DNA of 64,000 nt, from NCBI GenBank assembly GCA_025830695.1, contig GCA_025830695.1_4111.1. One strand, 5' to 3'. Source of the stretch: a phage. Each line of letters opens with the position of its first letter. Positions within the stretch are counted from its first letter, which is position 1. Below the pieces are notes generated by a model. The model had not been told where the DNA came from. It searched no databases and saw nothing but the letters and a program-made list of their open reading frames with translations. A program made the translations under genes and the position numbers. Positions 1 through 18,094 of the stretch are shown here, piece by piece.

Positions 1-1
1 G

Positions 2-475
2 TTTGCTGAAAACAATCTAATGGAAGGTAATGCTAAGATTATCCGTCTAATCTGTCGTGATGAAAACCTACACCTAGCAGCAACCCAAATGATTCTACGT
101 CTTCTGAAAAAAGAAGATCCAGATATGGTAAAAATAGCAGAAGAGTGTTATGATGAAGTACTGGAAATGTTTATGTCTGCTATCCGTCAAGAAGAAGCTT
201 GGGCAGACTTCCTCTTTAAAGATGGTTCAATCATTGGGCTGAATGCAGAAATCCTAAAACAATATGTTCGTTGGATTGGTTCTAAGCGTATGACTGCACT
301 AGGAATTAAATGTCCATATACCGTATCTAAGAGTAACCCACTACCTTGGACTGAGCATTGGGTTAGTGGTGGTTCAGTACAAGTTGCACCACAAGAAACT
401 GAAATAAGTTCTTATATCATTGGTGGTATTGTGAATGATATCCAAGTAGATACATTCACACCATTCAAACTATAA
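2..475 (+). CDS. nrdB: Ribonucleotide reductase class Ia beta subunit, C-terminal part (5' end outside window)
   Basis: Frame is open from the window edge. LMEGNAKIIRLICRDENLHL...VQVAPQETEISSYIIG is colinear with the E. coli NrdB C-terminus as I recall it. Confidence 0.9.
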   Translation, partial: FAENNLMEGNAKIIRLICRDENLHLAATQMILRLLKKEDPDMVKIAEECYDEVLEMFMSAIRQEEAWADFLFKDGSIIGLNAEILKQYVRWIGSKRMTALGIKCPYTVSKSNPLPWTEHWVSGGSVQVAPQETEISSYIIGGIVNDIQVDTFTPFKL

Positions 476-488
476 ATTCTAACTAACA

Positions 489-509
489 GGGATTCTATGA
501 ATCCCTTTT
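489..509 (+). terminator. Rho-independent terminator after nrdB
   Basis: Hairpin gggattc-tat-gaatccc (489-505) followed by tttt. Confidence 0.75.
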
Positions 510-525
510 CTTATGGGTATAATAT

Positions 526-2126
<1,601 letters not shown>

Positions 2127-2160
2127 TAAAAAAAGGAGCAACATTTTGTTGCTCCTTTTA
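2127..2160. terminator. Bidirectional rho-independent terminator
   Basis: ggagcaac-attt t-gttgctcc, an 8-bp stem (2135-2155) flanked by an A-run and a T-run. Sits between convergent genes. Confidence 0.85.
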
Positions 2161-2162
2161 TT

Positions 2163-3565
<1,403 letters not shown>

Positions 3566-3650
3566 TGTTAATCTCCAATCTTATTGTTATTTTTATAAAG
3601 TATTTACCCAATTTTACGTTTTACATAGTTTATATGGAGAAAGAAGTAAT

Positions 3651-4953
<1,303 letters not shown>

Positions 4954-4980
4954 CTTGAAATGTATAAATCAGTCGAGGGA

Positions 4981-6324
4981 ATGATGAGTAAAATTAAGCT
5001 TACGGATAAGCAACAAGAAATCTTTGATGATTTTATAGATCGTGTTTACAACTATGCAGGTAAAACAATTTCAGTTTTATCTGCACCAGCAGGAACTGGA
5101 AAAACATTCACTACTGCTGAGATTGTAAAAGCACTATGTAAAAATTATAATATTGCAGTAACTTCACCTACACATAAAGCCAATGCTGTTATTCGTAATA
5201 TGCTAATTAATAATGCTGGTCTTACTAAGGAAGATGCACAAGTCAGTACTATACACTCTTTTTTAGGATTAAAATTAGTATATGAAAAGAATCGTCAAGT
5301 ACTGAAGCATGATCCACAAAGTAAAGTTAGTAATACTAACGTTGACATTCTTATTGTTGATGAGTGTAGTATGATTTCAGATGAACTATTCCAGCACATA
5401 CAAGACCAATTGTGGCGTGTCCGTCGAGCAGTTTTATTCATTGGTGATCGTTGTCAATTGCCTCCAGTTGAGTCAGAAGGAACAATGGGCGAGACTAAAT
5501 TGTCTCCTACGTTTGATGTACCTGTTCAATATGAGTTAACTGAGGTTTTACGACAAGCATTAGATAATCCGATTCTGGCAGTTGCAACTGCTATTCGTGA
5601 GTGTATTGGAACTAGTAAAAATCCATTTGATATTATGCACCAAACATATGGTTTAAGCACTATTACACCTATTGATGATGAAGATTTGTTTTTGAATGTT
5701 TATCGTGAATTCATTATGGAAAACAAGGGGTCATCTAAAAAAATATTTGATTTCGTAAATGAAAATAAAATCTTAGCATATACTAACTATAGAGTTAATT
5801 TGGCTAATATCTACATTAGAAGTCAACTATTTGAAGTACCAGATGAATTTACTAAAGGTGAGCCAATTGTTTTTGAAAGCATAACTGAGAATAGTCCATA
5901 TGTAGTACAACAAATTATACAATGTCCTGAAGTAAAACGTGAAAGTTTCATGGGAATAGATTGTTGGCAATTCCGTTTACCTAATGGTAGTTATATTTTA
6001 GGTGTAGGACCAGAAACAAGAATTGCAATGGACGAAAAACTTGATAAACTTGTTAAGGATATTGAGAAAAAAGAAATAAATCCATTGACAAAGAAACCAT
6101 ATATGTGGCAGGATTACTATGTAATTAAGAACAAATTACATATCATCAATTATCCTTATGCAACCACTGTTCATAAATCACAAGGAAGTACTTTTGATAA
6201 CATTTGGTTTGATACTGATTTTATTGAACGTATTGGTACAAATGATACTAAGTGTAGAATTTTATACACTGCCATGACACGCCCACGCTATAGTGTTATG
6301 TTGAGGCAAAATGCACGATTCTAA
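4981..6324 (+). CDS. Dda/RecD-like SF1 DNA helicase
   Basis: Walker A SAPAGTGKT, Walker B IVDECSM, C-terminal TVHKSQGSTFD. Start chosen after GAGGGA. Confidence 0.8.
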   Translation: MMSKIKLTDKQQEIFDDFIDRVYNYAGKTISVLSAPAGTGKTFTTAEIVKALCKNYNIAVTSPTHKANAVIRNMLINNAGLTKEDAQVSTIHSFLGLKLVYEKNRQVLKHDPQSKVSNTNVDILIVDECSMISDELFQHIQDQLWRVRRAVLFIGDRCQLPPVESEGTMGETKLSPTFDVPVQYELTEVLRQALDNPILAVATAIRECIGTSKNPFDIMHQTYGLSTITPIDDEDLFLNVYREFIMENKGSSKKIFDFVNENKILAYTNYRVNLANIYIRSQLFEVPDEFTKGEPIVFESITENSPYVVQQIIQCPEVKRESFMGIDCWQFRLPNGSYILGVGPETRIAMDEKLDKLVKDIEKKEINPLTKKPYMWQDYYVIKNKLHIINYPYATTVHKSQGSTFDNIWFDTDFIERIGTNDTKCRILYTAMTRPRYSVMLRQNARF

Positions 6325-6407
6325 AAGACTAAATGTTATACGTAAATATTTTTGATTTTTAATAATAAATAATCAAAAGTGTTTTGTATTATGGAGAAGA
6401 ATATACA

Positions 6408-6974
6408 ATGAACAATTTACTACAAGTATTTAAAATTGAAGTTGCAGGGACGAACCTAGATAATATCCCATATTATATGTATGGTGATTATGATTCATCT
6501 TCCCCAACAACCGCACCGACTGACCAGCAAACTATTGATAAGTCAATTGCACTTTTGCGTTACCTACAACTTTCTCGTTTGCTTTCAACTTATTCAGTAC
6601 CAGTTTATAGCAATGTTGAATTTGCTACACCAGGAACTGCAAAAACGATTCCAACTGGTGCAACAATCACCGTTGGATATATTAGTTATCAACCTTTTCT
6701 TAGTACTTTGAGTGTTGAAGAACAAGCAGCACTAACTACTGAAGATATGAAAACAGCAAAAGCTGCTGAGATTATCCAAACACTAATCAATGATTCATTG
6801 AAAGGTAATGGCACTAATGCACTAGAAAATGAAGAAATTACTGTACAAAAAACCATACAACGTATCAAGAATGCTCTTACTACGAGTACTGTTGATTTCA
6901 TTGAGTATGAGAACGTGTATCTTAATGTTCCTTCTGTTTCTGATGCATCTGTAGTATCTTACGTTAAATTATAA
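6408..6974 (+). CDS. Hypothetical protein
   Basis: Track ORF 6384..6974. ATG 6408 follows GGAGAAG. Confidence 0.6.
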   Translation: MNNLLQVFKIEVAGTNLDNIPYYMYGDYDSSSPTTAPTDQQTIDKSIALLRYLQLSRLLSTYSVPVYSNVEFATPGTAKTIPTGATITVGYISYQPFLSTLSVEEQAALTTEDMKTAKAAEIIQTLINDSLKGNGTNALENEEITVQKTIQRIKNALTTSTVDFIEYENVYLNVPSVSDASVVSYVKL

Positions 6975-6997
6975 TTTTATAACATGGAGTTCTTGAC

Positions 6998-7192
6998 ATG
7001 ACTGACAAAACATTTTATGATCGTATTATTGAAGACAAGGGAGTTTTTGATAAGGTAGTTTATGACCTAGAACTTATGATCAAAGACGCACCGAACCCCC
7101 GTGTGCGAACCCAAGCAGAATTTGCAAAAACTTATCTTGTTCAAGTTCAAGCAATCTGTGAAGCAATTAAAAAACACAATGATAGTGCTTGA
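6998..7192 (+). CDS. Hypothetical protein (64 aa)
   Basis: Track ORF with GGAG upstream. Confidence 0.55.
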   Translation: MTDKTFYDRIIEDKGVFDKVVYDLELMIKDAPNPRVRTQAEFAKTYLVQVQAICEAIKKHNDSA

Positions 7193-7217
7193 CAGAACTA
7201 ATGTTCTATCCTATAAT
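7189..7217 (+). promoter_or_regulatory. sigma70-like promoter
   Basis: TTGACA (7189-7194), 17 nt, TATAAT (7212-7217). Confidence 0.7.
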
Positions 7218-7261
7218 TACTATCGAACAAAACATTAAAATCATATTGGAGCTTTTATTAC

Positions 7262-8324
<1,063 letters not shown>

Positions 8325-8335
8325 AATATAGACTT

Positions 8336-10501
<2,166 letters not shown>

Positions 10502-10502
<1 letters not shown>

Positions 10503-11293
10503 TGCCAAGTAAGAGTAAAAGTCAGGCTAAATTCTTCGCAGCCGCCGCACACAATCCAGAATTTGCAAAGAAAGCTGGAATTTCACAAAGTGCTGCTAAA
10601 GAATGGAATGCCGCTGATGAAAAGGAAGGAAATCTTAAAAAAAGTTCTAAACTTCCTAATAAAGTAAAAGAAGCAAGTATGCGTAGTTTAGTCGATATTG
10701 TACAAGATGCAGAATTAGCTGATACAGACGACAGAACTTGTGATATAATGGATTCATGTGAAGACGACAAAGATAAGTTGGATGAAATGCCACAACGTTT
10801 CGATAGTTTTCAAGGTCAAGACCGAGACGAGTTTGTCGATAAAACTGCCGAAATGACAGGTAAGCACAACATGGTTAAGTTCGCAGAACATAAAGACTAT
10901 GATGTATATATGAACAAAAACGGTACTGGATTTATCGCTTACGATAAGTCTGGTAAACAGCTTGCTATAGTTAGTGGGCATTTATCCAATGATGCAGTAC
11001 TTGGTGTTCAAAACGTTTTTGAAATTGCCGCAACTGCTTCTAAAACTGGAACTAAAGGTATAATTTATAATATCTTTATGGATATGATATCACATGGTAT
11101 TAAAGTTCTGAGTGATAGTCTGCATACTGATGATGCGATTAAATTCTGGACCCGTTTAATTGGTTCCCATCAAGTTTATATTGTTGGTGGCGGTGAAGTA
11201 CTTGCAAAGGCGAGTCCAGATAAGGTTCATAAGTACTGGAGTGATGATGAATCAAGTCCAAGTGCCGAACTTCAACTTATGTTAGTAAAATAA
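10502..11293 (+). CDS. Hypothetical protein with DUF3008-like N-terminus
   Basis: MPSKSKSQAKFFAAAAHNPEFAKKAGISQSAAKEWN resembles the DUF3008 N-terminal signature as I recall it. TAATG overlap with the previous gene. Confidence 0.55.
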
Positions 11294-11296
11294 TAA

Positions 11297-11332
11297 TATA
11301 TCGGGACAAATCGTTCCGATATTTTTTTTTTT
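11297..11332 (+). terminator. Rho-independent terminator
   Basis: atatcgg...ccgatat stem followed by an 11-nt T-run. Confidence 0.75.
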
Positions 11333-11360
11333 GAGACAAACAAAACATTGGTGATACAAT
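11331..11360 (+). promoter_or_regulatory. sigma70-like promoter with extended -10
   Basis: TTGAGA (11331-11336), 18 nt, TGaTACAAT (11352-11360). Confidence 0.55.
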
Positions 11361-11394
11361 GTTTTATGACAAAGAGACATGATAAGGAATTCAA

Positions 11395-13359
11395 ATGGCT
11401 AAGAAAGAAAGTGCTGTTCTACAGGAACATGATGTTCAACGACTAAATGATTATCAACATGCTCGTTTGCGTACCGAGATGTATCTTGGTTCTCGTTCAG
11501 TGCATGAAAGTCAAGTACTGATTTTTGGCGAATCAGGTTATGAGGTTAAGAACGTAGAATGGGTTCCTGCAATTCTTACTGCTACACGTGAAATTATTGA
11601 TAACAGCTTAGATGAATTTAAAAAAGCTGGAACCAAAGAACCTGTTTTGAAAGTTGATTTCAATGAAGAAGAACTATCATTTGAAATTAGTGACAATGGA
11701 CGTGGTATTCCAATTGATTATGTTCCAGAGTATCAGAAAAACTTGTGTACTATGGTAATGACTGAAACAAAAACAGGCCGTAACTTTGACGATTCAAAAC
11801 GTGATGAAACGATTGGTCAGAATGGTTTAGGTGGTTCTGTTGCAATGATTGTCAGTTCTAAGGCAGAGTTAGAAATTCATCGCCAAGGTCGTCCGTATAA
11901 AACACAAAGTAGTAATGATGGTTATGATGGGTTTTATAAGTTCAATCAGAAGTTTGAGGAAGGAACTATTATGTTCCCTGAGCTTCATGTACACGAACCT
12001 ACTATTAGAAAGGTACAAACCGATAAAACTGGAACAACAATTCGTTTTACTTTGAGTAAAGAAGTTTTTCCAAACAGAAAACTACCAACCGAATTACTTT
12101 ATAGTATTCTTAAAGAAATGGCAGCAGCTAACCCAACTTATAAAATCTTTCTGAACGGGAAACGTATTGCTATTAAAGGAAACACTGAAAAAGCACTCTT
12201 CAATGCATCTAAATTAATGCAGTTGAATGTTAAAGATGATTCATTCAATTTTAACAGTACTTTTTATATTGTTCCTAATGCAGTAGCTGGCATGAACACG
12301 AATTTCCATATGCATGGGTTGGTTAACAATGCTCCTGCATTTGATGGTGGTACACATCTTGATACATTCAAGAAATTCTTCTCACTCGGTGTAGGAACTG
12401 CACTAGAGAAAGAATCTAAGAAACGTAGGATGAAACCTAATCGTTCTGATATTGAAGAAGGTTTGTTGATTTATAATGTCACAACTATGAAAGCACCTTC
12501 ATTCAACTCACAGATTAAATCTAAACTAACTAATGAAAACGTAATCCGTCCAATTCAACAAGCTATGAATACCGAATGGTTTGATGAATTAGTTAAGAAG
12601 AACAAAGAATGGGTTGATGAAATCTTCGAACGTTGTGCTGCCCGTACAAATAAGAAAGATGCAGAAGAAGATCGTCGCCTAGCAAAGAAACTTCTAAAAG
12701 GTAAAGTTGCAAAACTATTGGATAGTACTGGAACAGACCGTTCACAGTGTATTCTATTGATTGCAGAAGGTGACTCTGCAATTTCCAACATGGCTAGTGC
12801 TCGTATACCAAGTATTCATGGTATTCTACCATTGCGTGGGAAAATTATGAACGTCAGTGGTACTGAGAAAACCAAAGAATTAATGGATTCAATGGCTTTA
12901 CATGATATAATGGCTAGTATCAACTTAGTTCCAGGTGTTAAAGCAGAACGTTCTGAACTAAACTATGGCAAGCTTTACATCTGTGCTGATGAAGATGAAG
13001 ATGGGAAGAACATTGGTGCTCTAGTGTGTAACTTCTTATTTAAATTCTGGCCTGAATTGTTTCAAGACCCAGAAAATCCATTTGTGTATGTATTCAAAAC
13101 ACCATTTATCATTCTTGAGAAAGGTAAAGAATCAAAATACTACTATGGTCATAATGTGCATGAATATAACCCAGATGATTGGAAAGGCTGGAAAGCAACG
13201 CGTGCAAAAGGTTTAGGAACTTTAGAAAAAGCAAACTTCCGTGATGCATTCACTAATAGTGTTGCAGTAGCGATCACCGATGATGGCCGTCTTGGTGAAA
13301 CTCTTGATTTGATTTTCAACAAGAAACGTGCAGATGATCGTAAGAACTGGATGGAATAA
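11395..13359 (+). CDS. DNA topoisomerase II large subunit (GyrB-like ATPase + Toprim; T4 gp39-type)
   Basis: GHKL boxes EIIDNSLDE and DNGRGIP. Toprim LLIAEGDSA, PLRGKIMNV, ADEDEDG. Confidence 0.9.
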   Translation: MAKKESAVLQEHDVQRLNDYQHARLRTEMYLGSRSVHESQVLIFGESGYEVKNVEWVPAILTATREIIDNSLDEFKKAGTKEPVLKVDFNEEELSFEISDNGRGIPIDYVPEYQKNLCTMVMTETKTGRNFDDSKRDETIGQNGLGGSVAMIVSSKAELEIHRQGRPYKTQSSNDGYDGFYKFNQKFEEGTIMFPELHVHEPTIRKVQTDKTGTTIRFTLSKEVFPNRKLPTELLYSILKEMAAANPTYKIFLNGKRIAIKGNTEKALFNASKLMQLNVKDDSFNFNSTFYIVPNAVAGMNTNFHMHGLVNNAPAFDGGTHLDTFKKFFSLGVGTALEKESKKRRMKPNRSDIEEGLLIYNVTTMKAPSFNSQIKSKLTNENVIRPIQQAMNTEWFDELVKKNKEWVDEIFERCAARTNKKDAEEDRRLAKKLLKGKVAKLLDSTGTDRSQCILLIAEGDSAISNMASARIPSIHGILPLRGKIMNVSGTEKTKELMDSMALHDIMASINLVPGVKAERSELNYGKLYICADEDEDGKNIGALVCNFLFKFWPELFQDPENPFVYVFKTPFIILEKGKESKYYYGHNVHEYNPDDWKGWKATRAKGLGTLEKANFRDAFTNSVAVAITDDGRLGETLDLIFNKKRADDRKNWME

Positions 13360-13370
13360 TATAGACTAAT

Positions 13371-13393
13371 GGGGAACATGGTGTTCCCCTTTT
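13371..13393 (+). terminator. Rho-independent terminator
   Basis: ggggaaca-tgg-tgttcccc followed by tttt. Confidence 0.8.
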
Positions 13394-13409
13394 ACCAAGA
13401 GACAATGGA

Positions 13410-14822
13410 ATGGCTAAAAGTAAAAAAACAGAAAATCATAATATCGATAACCAAACACTAACTCTACTAGATTATAACAGTTCTGATTATGTGAATACAA
13501 CATCACTAGAATATTCGATGTATACACTAGACCGTGCTATTCCTGGAATTGATGGTCTAAAGAGTTCACAACGTAAAGCAATCTTCACATTATCTAAAAT
13601 TAGTGGGGAAATTAAAACAGTATCATGTGCTGGAAAAATGATTAGTGATGGTATCTATCTTCATGGGGACACGTCAGCATCGGGAACACTTCAAAATCTA
13701 GCATCTCCAGTAGCTAACAACTATCCTCTTATTGGAAAACGTGGTGGTTTTGGTACACAAGTAAACAGTACACCAGCATCTGCTCGTTACACTTATGTTA
13801 AAAAGAATAAGAGTACTGAGATGCTTGTTTTGCGTGATGCTGATATTATACCAATGAAAGAGAACTATGACGGGACAACATATGAACCTGTTCATTTCTT
13901 GCCTATTATTCCATTATCATTGTTTGGTAATGATAGTATGTCAGTTGGTTATAAGAGTACAATTCTACCACATAAAATTGAAGATATTATTGATAATTGC
14001 ATTCGTGCTATTGATAAAAAACCACTAAAAGAAATGACCCCATATTATGTTTCATGTGGTGCAAGTGATGTTGTGACTAAGCTTGATGAAAATAAGTATG
14101 AATTCTATGGTAAAGCTGAGGTTATTGATGCAAGCACTGTTAAAGTAACAGGCTTACCACCTAATTACAGTATTGAGAAATTCATCGAAAAACTAATCAA
14201 AATGAGTGATGATGGTGAGATTCGTGATTATGACAATGATAGTACTGATGTAATTGATATTACCATTAAACTTCCACGTGGAACGTCAGCTAAATGGACA
14301 GAGATGGATGTTATTGAGTATTTTGGCATTAACAAAAAAATGACTCAACATTTAACTGTTCTAGGTGAAAATGGCAAAGTGAAAGTTTACGATACTACGA
14401 TGGATTTGATTAAAGACTTCGTTGATTTCCGTTTCAAATATTACATCAAGCGTTATGAAAAGAAACTTGATGATTGTGCTGCTGAAGTTCGTTATAAAAT
14501 TCTAATTAAAGAATGTTTCGATAATGATATGATTGCTAAGGTAAAAGGATTTGCAAACCGTGCTGAAATGGTTGAATTCGTTAAATCGTTAAATACCGAA
14601 ATTGAAGCGACGGAAGAGAATATTCAAAGCATTGTAAACTTCCCTTCATATCGCTGGACGCAAGATAATTATCAATCAGTACTACAAGATATTCAAGATA
14701 ATCTTGATTTGATGGATAAGTACAATGAACTGTTATCTAATCATGACTTAATTTGGGACATTTATAAATCTGAACTAAAAGAACTAAGAAAGATTGACTT
14801 TACTCCTAAATCAGACAATTGA
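13410..14822 (+). CDS. DNA topoisomerase II medium subunit (GyrA-like cleavage-religation; T4 gp52-type)
   Basis: DGLKSSQRK and SARYTY (active-site Tyr context). Directly follows the large subunit. Confidence 0.85.
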   Translation: MAKSKKTENHNIDNQTLTLLDYNSSDYVNTTSLEYSMYTLDRAIPGIDGLKSSQRKAIFTLSKISGEIKTVSCAGKMISDGIYLHGDTSASGTLQNLASPVANNYPLIGKRGGFGTQVNSTPASARYTYVKKNKSTEMLVLRDADIIPMKENYDGTTYEPVHFLPIIPLSLFGNDSMSVGYKSTILPHKIEDIIDNCIRAIDKKPLKEMTPYYVSCGASDVVTKLDENKYEFYGKAEVIDASTVKVTGLPPNYSIEKFIEKLIKMSDDGEIRDYDNDSTDVIDITIKLPRGTSAKWTEMDVIEYFGINKKMTQHLTVLGENGKVKVYDTTMDLIKDFVDFRFKYYIKRYEKKLDDCAAEVRYKILIKECFDNDMIAKVKGFANRAEMVEFVKSLNTEIEATEENIQSIVNFPSYRWTQDNYQSVLQDIQDNLDLMDKYNELLSNHDLIWDIYKSELKELRKIDFTPKSDN

Positions 14823-14832
14823 TATATTTAAT

Positions 14833-14860
14833 GGAAGACCTTATGGGTCTTCCTTGTCCT
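14833..14860 (+). terminator. Probable terminator hairpin
   Basis: ggaagacc-ttatg-ggtcttcc, but the T-run is interrupted (ttgtccttt). Confidence 0.5.
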
Positions 14861-14909
14861 TTATATAAATAATCTATAGATAATGGCAGCTTGGCTATGG
14901 AGAATTATA

Positions 14910-17303
14910 ATGACAACTTTTACCCCACGATGGGATATAAAAGCCGATGCTCGATATATACAAGAAGGACAAGACATTCTTGTGCGTTTGAGTATCAATA
15001 AAGAAAGCACAACGGATGATAGCTATGTATTAAATGAAGATGAATACTTAGAAATGATTCTTAACATACAATGCTTGGATAGTTCAGGTGCTGTATTTGA
15101 TCCAGAACCACATTATACTTTTTATGTTGGTAATGACGAAAATACTTTTGTTCCTATTTCAGATGGTACAACTGGTAATAAATTAGTAAATGGTAAGCAT
15201 AAGTGTAAAATCAGCAAAAATGAATTTAACTTATCTGCAAGTACTAATAGTGAAGATGTTTATTTTATAAAAATTCATTGTAAAAATGATGGAACCTATA
15301 ATAATACAGAAATTATAAATTTTTATTTACAAGCAGTAAATGTTATGTATTTTGGAAATATTTCACCAAGTGGTGTTCTAGGATTAACTGATACATCAAT
15401 AACATATGATAGTCAAGAAGTTTGGGTTACACCCGGAGTTGAGATTGGTGATGACAAAAAGCTTTATTGTATTGGTGATGTTGAGTATGGCTCCAACAGT
15501 ACATTGTTCGTTCAAGGATTTGGAAGAAGACGACCTTTCATTTTGGGTACTGACATGACTACTGATATTACACCTCGTGTCTTTTTTCCAGCATATCGTT
15601 TGATTGACATGGATATTTCTGAAGTTCCAGATAAACATATTACGAATGATTTCGCAGTATTCAAGCCAGCACAATCAACATGGCCTATTTCTGGTATAAA
15701 CAAAGAAGTAAAAGTTAATATTCAAAATAGAAATGGTAATTTAATTGACACTGGAATGGTGTTCAACCCAAATGGGCAATTATTGCAAACATTTTTATAT
15801 GACTCAGATGCTTGTGATGCATATTTTAAAGTTGAGATTGTTGATATATTAAGTACATACACCGAAGAAAGTGAAAGGTTTGCTATCAATCAACGATATA
15901 AAGCATATCAAATGTGGGTTTGTCCTGAAGACATAGATACTATATATTCTATTTCAGAAAAACCACTACCCAATCATTTATATCAATTAAAAGATAATGT
16001 TGTGTATCCATACGTAATTAGTGGTGAATACGATAATGGAACAATTAAGCCCGTTTATGATAGTAGTGATTGGATTGATTTAGGATATTATGACTCTACT
16101 CTTGGTGATAATATCATTGGTATGCAAAAAATGTTCAGGGTTTTGATAAACGCAGAAGAAGGTAATAATATAAACTTTATTACTGATAGTGATTTAGGAA
16201 CCATACATGTTGGTGAATATTTTGGAGACAGTATATATCCTAAAATTGAAACTGATAGCTCTAATCAAGTTTCGTATGTTTTAGATGGTGGTGATGACAT
16301 TAGAAAGTATGGGATAGATTTGACACCAGATGGATATCTTGTAGGAACTGCATATGCCAAAAGTATTGATTTTAGTGAAAATGATGATATTAAATTATCG
16401 TTTTATGTTAAAGCATTTAGTACTGAAGGTGGTGAAGCAAGAAAAATATTTAACCTTAAGATTGTAAGAGGATTCGGACAGAATTATTTGAGTGCACATG
16501 TATTACCTTCGGTTGCATTTGAGAGAGAATGGTTTAAATGTATAAGTACTTCATCATTCACTAATCAACTATTTTTCCGACAATCTGACAATAGATATGG
16601 TCTTCAGAAAATACCGAAGATGTTATTGAAAGAAAACTTCCTAAGTCAAACGTATCCATATACTAACCTTTCTGATATCAAGAAAGTATTGAGAAATAGT
16701 ATAATTAACCCAAATGGAACTACTATTCCAAATGGAAAATTTAAAATGGTAATGGGTAATTATAAAATAATATCAGCACTTGACAATCAAGGTAACTTAC
16801 AATATGATCTATTATATAGAGAGGTTTTACCTGAAGGTTCTTTAGTATCTGTATCCAAAAATCCACGTCAATATACTCAAATCGACAACGGTCAGCTTGG
16901 TGAATTATTTGGTTTACGACAAAATATTTTTCAGGCTATTGGTGAAGACACAACCAACTTAGTAAAAGACCCAACCGATTTACAAAATCGTGGTCTATAC
17001 GTTGATGCGATACCAAGTATCAGTGATGAAATGCTTGATACGGTTCCAAGATTTATGAATCACCCATACATTGAAGATGGTATACAGAAAAAATTCATGC
17101 CTATCATTCCAGTTGCATATTGTCAACCAGGCAAAGGTGAAGCATTTTTCAACACTTTACTTCAGAACAATGAACATGGTACAATGGTAGGTGTAGAGTT
17201 CGAAATCACATCGGTTGAATTCGGATACTTTTCGCATGAATCAGTGAATTATGTTTCAGATACATTTTTGATTACATTGCAAAACAATAACATAGGAGGT
17301 TAA
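14910..17303 (+). CDS. Large hypothetical protein (797 aa), function not recognised
   Basis: Track ORF 14883..17303. ATG 14910 follows GGAGAA. No motif I can name. Confidence 0.7.
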   Translation: MTTFTPRWDIKADARYIQEGQDILVRLSINKESTTDDSYVLNEDEYLEMILNIQCLDSSGAVFDPEPHYTFYVGNDENTFVPISDGTTGNKLVNGKHKCKISKNEFNLSASTNSEDVYFIKIHCKNDGTYNNTEIINFYLQAVNVMYFGNISPSGVLGLTDTSITYDSQEVWVTPGVEIGDDKKLYCIGDVEYGSNSTLFVQGFGRRRPFILGTDMTTDITPRVFFPAYRLIDMDISEVPDKHITNDFAVFKPAQSTWPISGINKEVKVNIQNRNGNLIDTGMVFNPNGQLLQTFLYDSDACDAYFKVEIVDILSTYTEESERFAINQRYKAYQMWVCPEDIDTIYSISEKPLPNHLYQLKDNVVYPYVISGEYDNGTIKPVYDSSDWIDLGYYDSTLGDNIIGMQKMFRVLINAEEGNNINFITDSDLGTIHVGEYFGDSIYPKIETDSSNQVSYVLDGGDDIRKYGIDLTPDGYLVGTAYAKSIDFSENDDIKLSFYVKAFSTEGGEARKIFNLKIVRGFGQNYLSAHVLPSVAFEREWFKCISTSSFTNQLFFRQSDNRYGLQKIPKMLLKENFLSQTYPYTNLSDIKKVLRNSIINPNGTTIPNGKFKMVMGNYKIISALDNQGNLQYDLLYREVLPEGSLVSVSKNPRQYTQIDNGQLGELFGLRQNIFQAIGEDTTNLVKDPTDLQNRGLYVDAIPSISDEMLDTVPRFMNHPYIEDGIQKKFMPIIPVAYCQPGKGEAFFNTLLQNNEHGTMVGVEFEITSVEFGYFSHESVNYVSDTFLITLQNNNIGG

Positions 17304-17304
17304 T

Positions 17305-17616
17305 ATGTTTAATCCGTTTTTTGACCCGTCTGGAATGACGGAAAAAGAACTACAGTTAAAAATTAATGAACAGTCAATGCGTTTAACTTCTGCTCGTGCT
17401 GCTGGCCTAAGCGACATGATTATTGGTAATATGCAAACTGTCTTAAATCAATGTTATGCTGAACTAGAACTTCGCCAAGGACAAAAAGAAAAAACTGTTT
17501 ATGACGAAGAAGACCCATGTATCTTCGATATGGATTCATATCTAACTGACAACGAAGAGGCCCAGAAGAAGAAAAATGAAAGTACAAGGAAACAGATTTA
17601 TAAGTCCCAATGGTGA
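17305..17616 (+). CDS. Hypothetical protein (103 aa)
   Basis: Track ORF. AGGAGG RBS lies immediately upstream. Confidence 0.65.
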   Translation: MFNPFFDPSGMTEKELQLKINEQSMRLTSARAAGLSDMIIGNMQTVLNQCYAELELRQGQKEKTVYDEEDPCIFDMDSYLTDNEEAQKKKNESTRKQIYKSQW

Positions 17617-18094
17617 TGTGAAATGTAATCTTAACGCAGTTGTTTATGCAATCAATTGCGGTGCAGATATCCAGTACTTACAATTGCAGGAAATTGATGA
17701 ACCTGAAAGGTTGAAATTCAATGATAACTGTAAAAAATTTGGCTTAGAACAACGTATGCTGGATTATACAATTGAGCATGATAAAAATCATGAACTGTGG
17801 CGATATGATCCAGTATACGACAATATAAATCTGCGTGACTTTTTCTTACAAAAATGCACATCCGATGAAGCACGAAAACGTGTTGAGTATGAACTTGATT
17901 TATATGAATATTATAATATGACAAAGCTACTAAGATGTATGATATGGCTTGTTGATTATATGGAAGAAAATGAGATCTTTTGGGGTCTAGGTCGTGGAAG
18001 CTCTGTTGCATCATACTGTTTGTTTTTGATTGGACTACATATGGTAGATTCATTGAAGTACGAACTTGATGTTAACGAATTTTTGAAATGGTAG
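17576..18094 (+). CDS. DnaE (Pol III alpha)-like fragment ending just before the catalytic Asp motif
   Basis: RKRVEYELDLYEYYNMTKLLRCMIWLVDYMEENEIFWGLGRGSSVASYCLFLIGLHMVDSLKYELDVNEFL aligns by eye to E. coli DnaE [66 protein letters not shown]. Start is uncertain. Confidence 0.5.
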   Translation: MKVQGNRFISPNGDVKCNLNAVVYAINCGADIQYLQLQEIDEPERLKFNDNCKKFGLEQRMLDYTIEHDKNHELWRYDPVYDNINLRDFFLQKCTSDEARKRVEYELDLYEYYNMTKLLRCMIWLVDYMEENEIFWGLGRGSSVASYCLFLIGLHMVDSLKYELDVNEFLKW

